Source: Octopus vulgaris (lineage: Eukaryota). Taken from it: a stretch of 64,000 nt of DNA. The stretch covers positions 18,352,001-18,416,000 of the forward strand of contig OX597826.1 in assembly GCA_951406725.2 (NCBI GenBank), in the 5' to 3' direction. The notes under the pieces were generated by a model that was not told the DNA's origin, made no database searches, and saw nothing but the letters and a program-made list of their open reading frames with translations. This document shows positions 1 through 13,639 of the stretch, piece after piece. The first letter of the stretch is position 1; each line of letters starts with the position of its first letter. The translations under genes were made by a program, and so were the position numbers.

Positions 1-461
1 GGAACGCAGTGTAAATAACGGACAGAGTCAAAACTATTGAAAAGGTTGCAAGACGCAATGAAAACTTGAGGAAAATAAAAATAAGAAATAAGTGGAAATT
101 TTACCTGTGAATGTGTTAAATTATAAGGCACAAAAAGAAAATGACTCTTCCCAGACACAACAGAATAAGTGAATAAAATAACATTGCAAAATTCTAGTTT
201 CGTTTGGGTACCCCCTCATATAGATATATATGTATATCTTTTATTTTTTACTTGATTCAGTCATTAGACTATGGCCATGCCGGGGCACCACCTTGGAGAA
301 TTTTTAGTGGAATGAATCAACCCCTCTACTTTATCTTTTTTAAAGTCTGATACTTATTCTATCAGTTTCTTTTGCTGAGCTGCTAAGCTACAGCAACATA
401 AATAAACCAATACTAGTTGTCATGCAGTTGTGGGGACAAACACAAACACACACACACACAT

Positions 462-515
<54 letters not shown>

Positions 516-518
<3 letters not shown>

Positions 519-815
519 TCACAAATCCTTTCAGGTAAATGGCCTTGCTCAATCTGTAGAAAAGGTGTAAGTAGAAACTCCATAAGATGTACCCAGTGTA
601 AGCCATAGACACATAAGAGGTGCAGCAATATCAGAGGAAGGTTAATGGGGAAAATAGCCTTTGTGTGTGGAAGATGCACAGGTACAATAAACACAGAAAA
701 TGTACAGAAAATAGACTCCATCAACTGCCACGGGTGTGAGCTAGGGGTAGTAGATAGCTTCTGTTATCTAGGTGACCAAGTTAGAAGCAGGGGTGGATGG
801 TTTGAGAGTATGGCT
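516..815 (+). mobile_element. RTE-clade LINE fragment with PHD finger
   Basis: SGKWPCSICRKGVSRNSIRCTQCKP*THKRCSNIRGRLMGKIAFVCGRC...VVDSFCYLGDQ. Confidence 0.8.
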
Positions 816-829
816 ATTCTCACAGCCAT

Positions 830-2060
830 ACTCAGTTCAACATTGTTAACTTTTATCCATCAATTTCAAAAGAGTTATTGATGAAGGCACTTTCCTTTGC
901 TAAGGGCTTCACAGATATTAGTGATAGTGGTGTTAGAGTTATCATGCATGCCAAGAAGATGATGCTGTTCAGCAAAGATTCAACATTGATGTAGCTATGG
1001 GAGCATATGACATAGCTGGTGTCTGTGATCTTACTGGGCTGTACATGCTGGACATCTTAAGGAAGAGGTTTCCTTCAATCCCCTTCAGTCTCTACAGAGA
1101 TCTCCCTAGCCATCTCTAGAGGAGCCAACAGACACATACCAGATAGACTTAGAAAGAATCTAATTAGTGCCCTAGGCTCAATGGGACTCAAGATCACCAT
1201 TGAGACTAATCTCACCACAGTAGATTTCTTAGATGATAGTTTTGACCTGGGCTCTGGTACATACAGGCCCTATCACAAGCCAAACGAGAGACTGCATTAT
1301 ATTAGCACAGTCTTCTGCCACCCCCTATAGTTTTCAAGAACCTAGTGAAGGTGTAAGCAAGAGGATCTCGAATCTGTTCTGTAGCCAAGATATCTTCAAC
1401 ACCGCTACCCCCTGCAACAATGAGGTACTGGCATCGAGTGGGTTTAAGGACTGCATCTCCTACATGCCAGGCTCTAACACCCAGAAAAATAAGAGCTGCA
1501 GAAATATTGTTTGGTTTGCTCCCCACTTCTCCCAGACTTGTGTGGGGAGGATTTTCCTTTGATTACTAGATAAACATTTCACACACACACAGATACATGC
1601 AATTATTTAACAGGCACAACCCAAGAGTCTCCTGTAACTGTGCACCTAACATAAAATGCATTTTAACAAGTGCCCACAATACAAAGGAGGAGGCAGGTTG
1701 TTCTTACAGAGTATATAGTAACTGTCCAGTAGGATGTCGATGCGAAGCTGAAGGAGTCATCTATGAAGCTACGGTGACACCTAGATCTGTTATCTGTATT
1801 ACCAGCAATGTACCATCCAACAGCAATATTAGCAGCTTAACCAGATCTCACACCAGTACAATCGCCACAGCCAGAGATGATGACCAGTCTGGGACCAGCA
1901 TCATAGAGGACGTAACCAATGACCCCAGTACCACTGCCACAGATGATGAACAAACCAATATTACAGACACAGACAGAGTGACTAGCCCCATACCATATGT
2001 TACCACCAGTCCAATCCCCATACCTAAGACGATGACCAATCCAGGACCAGTGACACAGTG
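830..2060 (+). mobile_element. Degenerate Naiad-type Penelope-like element (RT core, linker, start of GIY-YIG)
   Basis: Broken frames give QFNIVNFYPSISKELL..., IDVAMGAYDIAGVCDLTGLYML, SLYRD, VDFLDDSFDLGSGTYRPYHKPN, RNIVWFAPHFS and CSYRVYSNCPVGCRC...GVIYEATV; colinear with the 53.8-54.7 kb element. Confidence 0.85.
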
Positions 2061-3188
2061 TATACATGCTGTTTACGTCCCCATAACTTAGCGGTTCGGC
2101 GAAAGAAACCAATAGAATAAGTACTAGGTCTCATGCTCCTGTTTGTTCCTCTGTCTGTGTTTTGCATTTGCTGACCAACTGTTATTGCTCTGCCTCCTCA
2201 TTGGCTACTTTCTCTGGCTTCTTGAATATCTCTCTTGTGTTTTTTTATGAGGGGTCACGTTTTTAATTCAATTATTTATTATAGATTTAGCTATTATTCT
2301 ACTTAAATCTATTCCTTAATCAAGTTTCTTTTATTATGTTATTGTGCTGTGTGGTTTACTATATATATATAAACACACACACACACGCACACACACACAC
2401 ACACACACACATACACACACACACACATGTCATCATCATCATTATATCATTGTTTTAGTGTTCTGTTTTCCATGCTTGCAGAGGTCACATGAAATTTGAC
2501 CAGATACTCTTTCTGTTGCCAAATTTCACCTATTTCTAAGCAAGGTAATATTTCGTCATGGTCTGACGGCACTATGATTTAGCATCAGTGGTTACTGAAG
2601 AGGGAGGGACAAGAGTGGTAAGAACCTAAAGAGGACCAAGGCTATCCCACATGTATGGGTGGGAAGTTTAGGAGGAAGGGAACATGAAAACAAAACAGAA
2701 CAAAAGAAATAGATGAGGGTGATGAGTTCCTTAGAGAGAGTCATTGAAAGAGTGGCATGGGAGTTGTGGAGGATAAGCGAATGAGACCAGAGGTTGTTGA
2801 GGTAGGAGAAAACCTGTTTGGGGAGAATAGTGTGAGAAAAAGAATCAAAGTGGGAGAGATGGCAGGCGGTGGGTAGGAGAACAAGCATCAGAAGTGGTGA
2901 GACAAGAGATATGAATAATAGGGTGGGGATTGGAGCAGAGAGCTGGAAGAGAGAAGATGAGTGATGAGGATGATTTAGTACAGTCTTTCATATAGAGCTG
3001 CAGGCATGGCATAGGTGCGGGTGTGGCTGTGTGGTAAGAAATTTGCTTCCCAACCACATGGTTCCAAGTTTAGTGCCATCTGTGAGGCATCTTGGGCAAG
3101 TGACTTCTACTATAGCCTCAGGCCGACCAAAGCCTTATAAGTGGATTTGGTAGACTGAAACCAAAAGAAGCCTATTGTGCCTATTGTG

Positions 3189-3222
<34 letters not shown>

Positions 3223-3654
3223 TATCTGCGTTTGTCCTCCACCACTTGACAACCAGTGTTTGTGTGTTTACATCCCTGTAACTTAGTGGTTCAGCATAAA
3301 GGACCAATAAAATAAATATCAGACTTAGAAAAAGAAAATTAGTACTGGGATTGATTAATTCAGCTAAAATTCCTCATGGTGGTGCCCCAGCATGGCCATA
3401 GTCTAATGGCTGAAACAAGTAAAAGATAAAACCTAGTCATGGTATGGTGGTGGTGGGGGGGGGGGATGGTGATGATGATGGTGGGGGTAACCATTCATAG
3501 TTTGTGAGCTTCATAAGTGATAGTGGGATAAGAGATGGAAGGTTATGAATGATCGTGGAATGAAATGATGGAGATGAATGGGGAAAATAGGTGAAAGAGA
3601 GGAGGTGAACAGCCGGAGGATGAGAAAAGGGTCATGGATACATACAGGGAAACA

Positions 3655-4309
3655 TATGTGTGTGTGTGTGTGTGTGTATGCATGCATATATCCATCCATA
3701 CACAACACATACACAGTGCATATATTCATAAACTACCTGCATATACAGACATGAATACAATACATACATACATCCATACACACATACAATACATATACAT
3801 ACATGGATACAGTACATAAAATACATATACATACATACATATATACACATGCACAAATACATACAATATATACTTATATGTACATGCATGCATACATACA
3901 AATGTCATACATACACATATACACACACACATACATACATACATACATACATACATACATACATACATACATACATACATACATACATACATACAGCACA
4001 TAAAATACATATACATATATACACATGCACAAATATATACAATATATACTTATATGTACATGCATACATACAAATGTCATACATACACACACACACATAC
4101 ATACATACATACATACATGTATACACATGCACAAATACATCCAATATATACTTATATGTACATGCATACATACAAATGTCATACATACACATATACACAC
4201 ACATACATGCATACATACATACATACACACATACATACATACATACACACACGCACATACATACATACATGCATACATACATACACACATACATACATTC
4301 ATACATGCA

Positions 4310-4343
<34 letters not shown>

Positions 4344-4523
4344 CATACGTACATACATACATATATACACACATACATACATACATACATACATACATAC
4401 ATACATACATACATACATACATACATACATACATACATACATACATACATACATACATACATACATACAAATGTCATACATACACATATACACACACACA
4501 TACATGCATACATACATACATAC

Positions 4524-4554
<31 letters not shown>

Positions 4555-4660
4555 TACATACATGCATGCATACATACATACATACATACATACATGCATA
4601 CATACAAATGTCATACATACACATATACACACACACATACATGCATACATACATACATAC

Positions 4661-4691
<31 letters not shown>

Positions 4692-4763
4692 TACATACAT
4701 GCATGCATACATACATACATACATACATACATACATACATACATACATACATACATACATACA

Positions 4764-4794
<31 letters not shown>

Positions 4795-4795
4795 G
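3655..4795. repeat. (TACA)n/(CA)n compound microsatellite with higher-order repeats
   Basis: Recurring blocks ATACACATGCACAAATA...TACTTATATGTACATGCA (3x) and ACAAATGTCATACATACAC (5x). Confidence 0.95.
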
Positions 4796-5798
4796 TTAAC
4801 TGTACATCGGTAGCCCTGTATATACCAATGCATTACAATGTCTACCTTCTGTATCTGAATAAGGTCACTACTTTTGCCAGTTTATGGAAACATCTAGACA
4901 TTTAAGTGCCTGCTTTTAACTTTTCTATTATTCACCACTGAGAGATGTGATGGTATGTCAATGTTTGCCACTGTTTTTAAAATATTGGAGAGTTGAGAAA
5001 TAACTCTCTTCTAGGATTAAATAACAACTAAAACAGGTTTATATATTTTTTCCTTTAATTTAAAGTATCATTTGAATTCAGTACAACTTATTAACACTGT
5101 TCCTTGGAAATTCCAGCAGTAAAATATTCTTTCTTGTGGTTTCTATCTCCAATGAGTTATATAAAGTTTTTATCGAAAAGAAACAGGCCAAAGTGAGACG
5201 AAGCTCGATATCAATAACAAAACGAGATATCAACCCTTTTTCAACCTATCATTGTACAGATTTAGAAAGCTGTGACTTAATAGAAAGGATACAGACTGAA
5301 ATTGTTACCAGCTGAAATACAAAGAACTTTATAGTTCAAAGATTTGACTAACATTTGTGAAATACAAATATATTTGAAGTTTGCTGAAAAAGTATAAAAC
5401 ATATTTTGCCAAGTTTTAGCACCAGTTCATAAAACTTGGCATCTCTCTGAGATTTTAGTGTTTTGTTAAAAAGCAATTAAGGAGTTTAGCGGAGAGGGCC
5501 AACATGTGATGTGGTACTGAAGGTGCCATAAAAACATGCTTTAACATCCTAGTCTCTTTACTGAACAAAGACACCAAAGAGATAATAGCTGGAACATTGC
5601 AGAGGTTTTGAATTTAAAACAACATCAAAGAAAGATAACTTTGGATTGCTACCAATAGTGACTATGATTCATTCAATGTGGAAATATTTTGAAATGTAAT
5701 AAATAAAGAATGACTATGGAGAACAACCACCCTATTAAGATAAAGCTGGTTTTGTTCAGTTTTTAATCAATAAATGTACTTGGTGAAATTAGTTTTAC

Positions 5799-5924
5799 CT
5801 AAACAAGAAAATCCGTCAGCAGCAATTGTATATGCGTCTTTTGGGCAAGTGCATTTGAAAGATCCAAACAGGTTTACACATCCCATACTGCAGCCACCAT
5901 TATTCGATTCGCACTCATTGATAT
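5799..5924 (-). CDS. Calcium-binding EGF exon (4th of 4)
   Basis: Minus strand: tttcttttgaag|AT ATC AAT GAG TGC ... TGT TTA G|gtaaaa; 126 nt, phase 1-1. Encodes (D)INECESNNGGCSMGCVNLFGSFKCTCPKDAYTIAADGFSCL. Confidence 0.92.
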
Positions 5925-6737
5925 CTTCAAAAGAAAATAAAAATAATAATAACAATAATGATAATAGCAATAATAATAACAACAGCAAAATAAAAACAAG
6001 ATATAAAAATGTATAAGCAACAGACCAGAACACATTTCAGCAGTGAATGCAAGACATTTCAATAGAAAAATGGCAAAACTACAATTCTAAGGGTCTGGCA
6101 ATGTGACTAGATATGTTCCAGAAAACTGTTCAAGTATTTAGCATATTGATTTTATCATTACAACATTGAATGCACAAGGGAAGGTGAGAGAAAGAGAGAG
6201 AGGGAAAGGGAGAGGGAGAGAAAGAGAAGAGAGAGAAAGAAAGAAGTAAGAGGAAGGTAGGAAGGAAAAGAGAACTATATCAAAGAAATTCCTGGCAAAG
6301 ATCATTGGTTGAACTTTGTCATTTAGGGAAGATACGATTACCAATATTCAAGGAATCTGCTATTAGCCACTGATGCCAGCAGGTTTTTATGTACTGTTAA
6401 TAAGTGACAGTATAAAAATGATTATATTAACTATATAAAATCATGATTTATGTGTTATATACACCGTTAAAATGTACTTTACAAAATGGCTGTTCTCTAT
6501 GAATAAAAATATCTTCTTGTAACACAGAAGCAAAATATGTTATCTGTTACCAGATTTATAGGCTCTTCTTCCTTTCTTCCAGCCATACAATCTGCTGTTC
6601 ATATATTCTGCCTCTCCTGTGAATTCAACCTCCTAAACCTAAGACTCCAAGTGGAGGGTAGACGTATATATAAGTGGAGGCTAGATGAGTATAGCAACTT
6701 AGTTGGCTTTCGTTACTCAATCTCAACATTGCTTTTC

Positions 6738-6782
<45 letters not shown>

Positions 6783-7587
6783 GTTTAACGTCTGCTTTCC
6801 ATGCTAGCATGGGTTGGATGATTTAGCTGAGGGCCGGCGAACCAGATGGCTGCACCAGGCTCCAATCTTGATCTGATAATATCAATAATGATAATAGCAA
6901 TTATCCTTCCTTCTGATAATATATTTAACATTAGTCTTTAGTATCACTAGTTAGAAATATAACTTTAAACTACCAATATCATATCACCAACACTGCCATG
7001 ATGATCATCAGACACCATCCTGACATTTTCTGACTCACAACAAACTTTAATCCACTGAACAATACTCCTGTCACATTGAAACTAGTGAAGTTCCTTCAAT
7101 GACCAACATCCTGTTCAGCAGTCAGAATAAAATCTGAACTTTGATTAATAAACTATCTTACAGGAAGATCTTTAAACTTTAGTTCATTATCCCATTACAT
7201 CTTCCCTCTATCCACCTCATACCATTTTAATGAAATTACTTCTCTTTCAACTAATAACATGCATTATAATGTGTTTCTTTCACTAAACCAATCACACAAA
7301 GATTACAAGCAACCCTTTATGCTGGGGAATGTTGCCCTTTAAAAATGCATTCTCCCCCTCACAATACACTAAGGTATTTCAAACCTCAACATCAATATTA
7401 TTCATGATTCCCTCAAAGAACCTGGACACTGTGAGCTTTGTTCTTTTTTTCTTTGAAACAGTACAAAAATATAATCAACATCAAAATCATTGCTTCTGTT
7501 ACCAGCAGAAAAAAAAACTGGCTACAGGAGTGGCTGTAGGGTAAGGAAGTTTACTTCCCAACCACAAGGTTCCAGGTTCAGTCCCAC

Positions 7588-7765
7588 AAGAAGAAGAAGA
7601 AGAAGAAGAAGAAGAAGAAGAAGAAGAAGAAGAAGAAGAAGAAGAAGAAGAAGAAGAAGAAGATGTTGTTGTTGTCATCGTCGCTGCTGCTGCTGCTGCT
7701 GCTGCCGCTGCCACTATCACCACTGCCGCCAGTACAATCACTGCTGCTGTTGCTGTTGTTGTTGA
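7588..7765. repeat. (GAA)n followed by (GTT)/(GCT)n trinucleotide mosaic
   Basis: Direct reading; it follows a 5' SINE-A fragment at 7526-7587. Confidence 0.95.
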
Positions 7766-8224
7766 GCAGCATTCAGGTCTGCACTGATTGAAAAGACTCA
7801 TCCTCAAAAGGAGTCTAGTCATGACCATTCCATCAAACATCCCAGCTTCATATACCTCATGCTATATTACCAAATATAGACTTTGAAATCAGACTTAAAG
7901 ATGATAAGATGTTATTTAAGAAAAAGTTGGTTGCTATTTCTAGCCTGTTGAGCATCCACCAAAGCATCTCCTTGTGAACTCCTCATTTGTTCAAAACCTG
8001 GTTTGAGGAAATTTCTTCCTCAAGTTTGTTGCACACTTGAACACAGCTTCCTACCATTGTGGGACTATTGAATATGTATGGACATCTTTTGAATAGTCCC
8101 CTTATCATTGTGTCACTATTCAGTGCTTATGCACATCTGTTTGTGTAGGATATTTATTTGTACATGGTCATCTGTTTAAAACTGCTTACCAATTTTAGTG
8201 GGGTAACTCAAGGCAGAAAGACAT

Positions 8225-8631
8225 CTCTTTTCTCTCTTTTACTTGTTTCAGTCATTTGACTGCGGCCATGCTGGAGCACCGCCTTTAATCGAGCAACTCG
8301 ACCCCGGGACTTATTCTTTGTAAGCCCAGTACTTATTCTATCGGTCTCTTTTGCCGAACCGCTAAGTGACGGGGACATAAACACACCAGCATCGTTTGTC
8401 AAGCAATGCTAGGGTGACAAACACAGACACACAAACACACACACATATATATATATATACATATATACGACGGGCTTCTTTCAGTTTCCGTCTACCAAAT
8501 CCACTCACAAGGCTTTGGTCGGCCCGAGGCTATAGTAGAAGACACTTGCCGAAGGTGCCACGCAGTGGGACTGAACCCGGAACCATGTGGTTGGTAAACA
8601 AGCTACTTACCACACAGCCACTCCTGCGCCT
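8225..8631 (-). mobile_element. tRNA-derived SINE family A, young full-length copy
   Basis: Head AGGCGCAGGAGTGGCTGTGTGG...GGGTTCAGTCCC, internal (TA/TG) tract, (AAAAGAG)-type tail. Other copies at ~240-460, 3012-3428, 30535-30935, 43170-43555, 47245-47470, 59690-60210 and 63770-64000. Confidence 0.88.
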
Positions 8632-8943
8632 GTTTTTTTTTTTTAATTAATGTAACCAAGTTACAGGATCTCTTTTTACTGTATTAATATCATCTTTAGC
8701 TTTGCATTGTATCTATTATTACATTATCCCTCCTCTTTATATCCTGTGTCATAATTGTATTATATATTATTACTACAATATGTTATTAGTTGCTTTTTAT
8801 AATCATATTGTATACCTATATATCTATCATATATGAAATGTATGAATTGTTTTTTACCATTTGGCAATACATACCAAATACATATACACCACGTGCGCAC
8901 ACACACACACACACACACGCACACATACACACACACACATAAA

Positions 8944-9904
8944 TGAGGGGAAGTCAAAAATTATCCACACTTTCACCATAACATATCTTTATTACTATCA
9001 CACTGCCTTCTGTGCATGTGTACTTATAGTTCGTACTATTGTGGTCACATGATCAACGTTTGAGCCTAATCATGCCATTTTCTTTCTGGCTTTACAGTGA
9101 AATCGTGGTCATCCACTAAGAATGTGCATCAATGAAGAACAAAGAGAAGGGATCCAATTTCTCTGGTTGGGAGATTGTGTCACGTACTGAAATTCATCAG
9201 AGGCTTTGAGCACAATTGGTTAATAGTTTCAACAGTCTGGGCTTTGGCGTTTGGTGCAAATTGCTGGCTTCAGTTTCTTGACCAGCAAAGCACTGTATCT
9301 TGCACTATTGATTGTATACCCCTTTTCCAGGTAATCTTCCAGTATAGGCCCTTTTGAGTGCCAAAAATGGGTTAGCATCACCTTTCCTGTGGAAGACTGA
9401 GTCTTGAATTTCTTTGTAGCTGACAAGCCAGGATGTTTCCACACCACACTCTGTCTTTGAGATTCTGCCTCATAATGATGGACCCACGTTGCATCTCCTG
9501 TGACTATTCTGCTCAAAAATTCCTCACCCTCATTGTTGTAGTGATTGAATAAATGTTGGAAAATCTCAAGATGTTTGCACTTGTGCTCCGCAGTAAGCTC
9601 TCTTGGCACCCATCTTGCATAGACTTTATGGAAGCTGAGCTCATCGTGGATGATTTTCAGCCTCTGACACATTTTCCAGCCAGAGAAATCAGATCACGGC
9701 TCTTTGTTCTCCTTTGATGCACATTGCTAGTGGAGCAGCCACGATTACACAGTAAAGCCAGAAAGAAAATTGGTGCAATCAGACTCAAACTTCGATCACA
9801 TGGCCACAATAGTACCAACTATGAGTATGCATGCACAGAAGGCAGTGTGATAATAATAAAGATATGTTATGGCAAAAGTGCAGATAATTTTTGACTTCCC
9901 CTTG
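8944..9904 (-). mobile_element. Rearranged mariner element with long (~230 bp) inverted arms
   Basis: ORF 9229-9672(-) has WVPRELT, IVTGDATWVHH and GKVMLT mariner motifs. Termini read (c)GAGGGGAAGTCAAAAATTATC; arms are 8944-~9172 and ~9672-9904. Confidence 0.88.
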
Positions 9905-9939
9905 TATGTGTATATATATATATATATATATATACATAC

Positions 9940-10680
9940 AGGACAGATAAATCTCCCGCAATACTGTCAAATTTTACTCAGTAGTCACATAGACTATTGC
10001 GCTAGAAATACAAATCCAAAATTTCGTATATTCCCTTTTTATCAATGTAAAGACAGAATCAACAAGGAGAATTTTTTATTTAAAAATTCCAAATGCTTCT
10101 TAATATACAAACTCCTTTTTCTAGCATCCTGTCTGACAAAAAATTGATATAAGCATCCTGTTTGACAAAAAAAATCCTGCATTCCAATTAAAGAGTGTAA
10201 AATCCACAGAATTGTCACTCCTTATTCACAGGAACTGAATAACTCCCACCCCATTTCCTGTTTTGACACATAAAAATCCAACCTTTTCAAACAACACACT
10301 TCACTTAAACACATACATCCTAATCCTCCAAAGAAGTTTTTCCAAGGATTAATATTGAAATCTAAAAGCATAAAGACTCTACAATGTATTGGTATACTTA
10401 TTTATTAATTTTTGTATATATAAATTATTTTTTTTTGAAAAAAACATTGTAAATTTATTTTTTCCCCTTCCTCAATTAAAAAAAAAATTTTTTTCCATTT
10501 CCAAATCTTGAAAATTTGCCTTGCAATGAAAGCCAGTTTGATTTCTTTTTTCTTTTTTAATTTTTCATACACCCGTTTTTTATTAAAATTTACTTTCAAT
10601 TTAGCATTCTGCCTTATTATAATTTTTTCCTCTCCTACCATTCCTCCACATGCGGTTAACACAACCCCACCAGTTACTGA
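9940..10680 (+). mobile_element. PLE 3' fragment (GIY-YIG C-terminus, Neptune-like) between microsatellites
   Basis: QINLPQYCQILLSSHIDYCARNTNPKFRIFPFYQCKDRINKENFL resembles the PLE endonuclease C-terminus (SxHxxxC...FxIFPFY...RxxKExxF). It starts right after (TA)n and ends at (CA)n(TA)n. Confidence 0.6.
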
Positions 10681-10685
10681 TTTAT

Positions 10686-10915
<230 letters not shown>

Positions 10916-11181
10916 TCTAATATAATAAATGCGCAAACTAATTTCTGTGTGTCAGTGTGTCACACTTAAACCCCCTCTCTCACTATTCAATGATACTATT
11001 ACTATTCCTTATGATAGCGTGAGAGTAGGCATTGATACGGTGAGAGTGGTGGCAAAGACAGACAAAGAGAAAGAGAGAAAGAAAAAGAGAGGGGGAGAAA
11101 GAGAGAAAGGGAGTTGATGATGTTTTATTAAAAGTAGAAGTGTTGATGGTGGCAGTGGGAGTAATAATAAAAGAGAGAGAA

Positions 11182-11213
<32 letters not shown>

Positions 11214-11216
<3 letters not shown>

Positions 11217-11550
11217 GGCGCATGGCTCAGTGGTTAGAGCATCGAGCTTACGATCATGAGGTTGTGAGTTTGAATCCCAGACCGGGCTACATGCTATGTT
11301 CTTGAGCAAGACATTTTATTTCACATTACTCCTGTTCACTCAGCTGTAGAAATGAGTTGCGACGTCACAGGTGCCAAGCTGTATTGGCCCCTTTGCCTTT
11401 CCCTTGGATAACACTGGTGGTGTGGAGAGGAGAGGCTGGTATGCATTGCCGACTGCTGGTCTTTCGTAAACGACCTTGCCCAGACTTATGCCTTGGAGGG
11501 TAACTTTCTAGGTGCAATCCCACGGTCAGTCATGAACGAAGGGGGTCTCA
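11214..11550 (+). mobile_element. tRNA-derived SINE family C (second copy 36340-36620)
   Basis: A box TGGCTCAGTGG, B box GTTTGAATCCC, central CTTGAGCAAGACA domain. Confidence 0.85.
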
Positions 11551-12572
11551 ATATACACACACACACATATAAAATACACTTTAATTGAAATAAAGTTTCT
11601 CCAAAATTAAACACATCTAATATAATAAATCCTTTCTACTGGAAGCACAAGGCCTCAAATTTTGGGGTAAGGGATTAAGTTGAATACATCGACCCCAGTA
11701 TATAACTGGTACTAATTTTATCGACCCTGAAAGGATGAAAGGCAAAATCAACCTCATTGGTCTCATTTTTGATCTGTTAAATATCTCTATGTTGCCTCTC
11801 TCATTTCTTTGTTTCTGCCATGGGGTAGCCATGCATCTTGGTCTTTTGCAGTGTTCACTCCCATCATCTATACCAGAAACCTTTCTTCTGTACCTGAAGC
11901 CGTTCTTCTGTATCAAAAACCTGTGTCAAAAGCGTTTTTCTCTCCCTCTCTCACCATCAGTACCAGCACACTATCAATGACAGTATCAGGATATTATGGA
12001 AATCATGCCAAAGCAGACAACAGAGCCAGGTACAGTTCTCTGGTTTGCCAGCTCCTTTCAAACCATGCTAGCAAAGAAGACAGATGTTAAATGATGGTGA
12101 TGATGATATCTATATATTTAACCAATCAAAGAGCTGGGGAACATTTCAAAGTAACGAGCATGTGAAATATCATGTATGAGTTTGAGAAAGTTCCATCATA
12201 ATTAAAGTTGCATTCTTGAAATATTTCCCCAATTTTGCTGACTAATCTGTTTTTTATTTTTTAATATTCCTAAGCTTTGATGTCTTCCTGGGTCTACCTC
12301 TTCTGCAGGTTCCCTCCATAATTAGAGATCAGCACTTCTTTATGTGGTTGTCCTGATCCATATGTATCACATGACCATAATAGCACGATCCTCTCTCTTG
12401 CAGTATGTAATATCTTTAATTGCACAGTATCTATCATGGATTTATCAAGCAGAATCCAACTTACAGAGTTGTAAGAGTGTGTGAAATGGCTACAATTGTG
12501 TAGATGTGGGTTTAGTTGTTGTTTACCTACAAGACATACATGATGGAAAGTAATTCTAACCATGATGATGAA

Positions 12573-12618
<46 letters not shown>

Positions 12619-12679
12619 TTGATGATGATGATGTTGATGATGATGTTGATGATGATAATGATGATTATCATCATTTCAT

Positions 12680-12900
12680 CATCGTTTAATGTCTGCTTTC
12701 CATGCCGGCATGGGTTGGACAGTTTGACTGAGGTCTGGAGAGCCAGTGACTGCACCAGGCTCCAATCTGATCTGGCGATGTTTCTACAGCTGGATGCCCT
12801 TCCTAATGCCAACCACTCCAAGGGTGCAGTGCGTGTTTTTTATGTCCCACTGGCACAGAAGCCAGTCAGTCAGGCCTGGCATTGATCATGTTCGGATAAT
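12680..12900 (-). mobile_element. SINE family D with (ATG)n tail (also ~6740-6875, 13360-13550, 39520-39590, 51440-51790)
   Basis: Shared 3' end CCAACCCATGCYAGCATGGAAAGCRGACRTTAAAYGATGATG. Confidence 0.75.
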
Positions 12901-13639
12901 GCTTTTTACATGCTACCGGCACAGGATCATTGAATCATTTTTCATACATCTACAATTACTTGTCTGCCAAACATATCCATCCATTTTTAAGATGATAGTG
13001 TTTGAGTCCAGGGAGATTTGGCAGTTATTTTTAGCAAGTTGAGTGACTAAGCAGAGGTTTTGGGTTTATATCAGAAAGAAAACAGAGAGGTTAATGTTGT
13101 GGTGGTGTTCTCTGTGGCTAATCAATGTCAGTGTCAGAACTTAGCTATAAAAGTATAGCTGCAATGGTCATGGGATGTAGCATGAATTATGCCCCTCTTA
13201 TGCCTTGACATCTTTAATTTAGTTGTTGTTGTAGCATAGCTCTGGTGAATTCTGTTTAAGCAGATCTATGGCAACCCACATGGCCAGAACCCCAGTTATG
13301 AAGTGAACTACCATCATCATCATCATCATCATCATCTTCATCACTGTCATCATCATTATCCTTTAATGTCCGTTTTCCAAACTGGTATGGGTTGAACGGT
13401 TTGACTAGAGCTGGCAAGCCAGAGAACTGTATCAGGTTCGAGTCTGATTTGGCTTAGTTTCTATGGCTGGATGCCCTTCTTAATGCCAATTCCTTTACAG
13501 TGTGTACTGGCTGCTTTTAACATGGCACTGGCATGAGTGCTTTTACATGGTAGACACAGGACTCTTCTAGGCTAATCCACTTCACTGAAGGATGCAGCCT
13601 TCACACTTCTGCTGTGGAGAATGGGTCGTTTTGAGTACA

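Noticed and set aside
3632-4905. Long HTYI/MYVC ORFs (up to 316 aa); similar ones at 34.0, 54.8-56.8 and 59.7-60.3 kb
   Set aside because: Translations of stop-free microsatellites, open on both strands.
5407-5441. Perfect 12-bp stem with 11-nt loop (TGCCAAGTTTTA/TAAAACTTGGCA)
   Set aside because: Isolated, with no supporting context; function cannot be assigned.
7490-7840. Poly-Arg/Cys and poly-Ser/Ala ORFs; also poly-Met/Ile at 12562, 33433 and 40204
   Set aside because: Trinucleotide repeats next to SINEs; no splice or domain support.
11214-11290. tRNA gene
   Set aside because: A and B boxes run into a SINE body present twice in the window; no intact cloverleaf.
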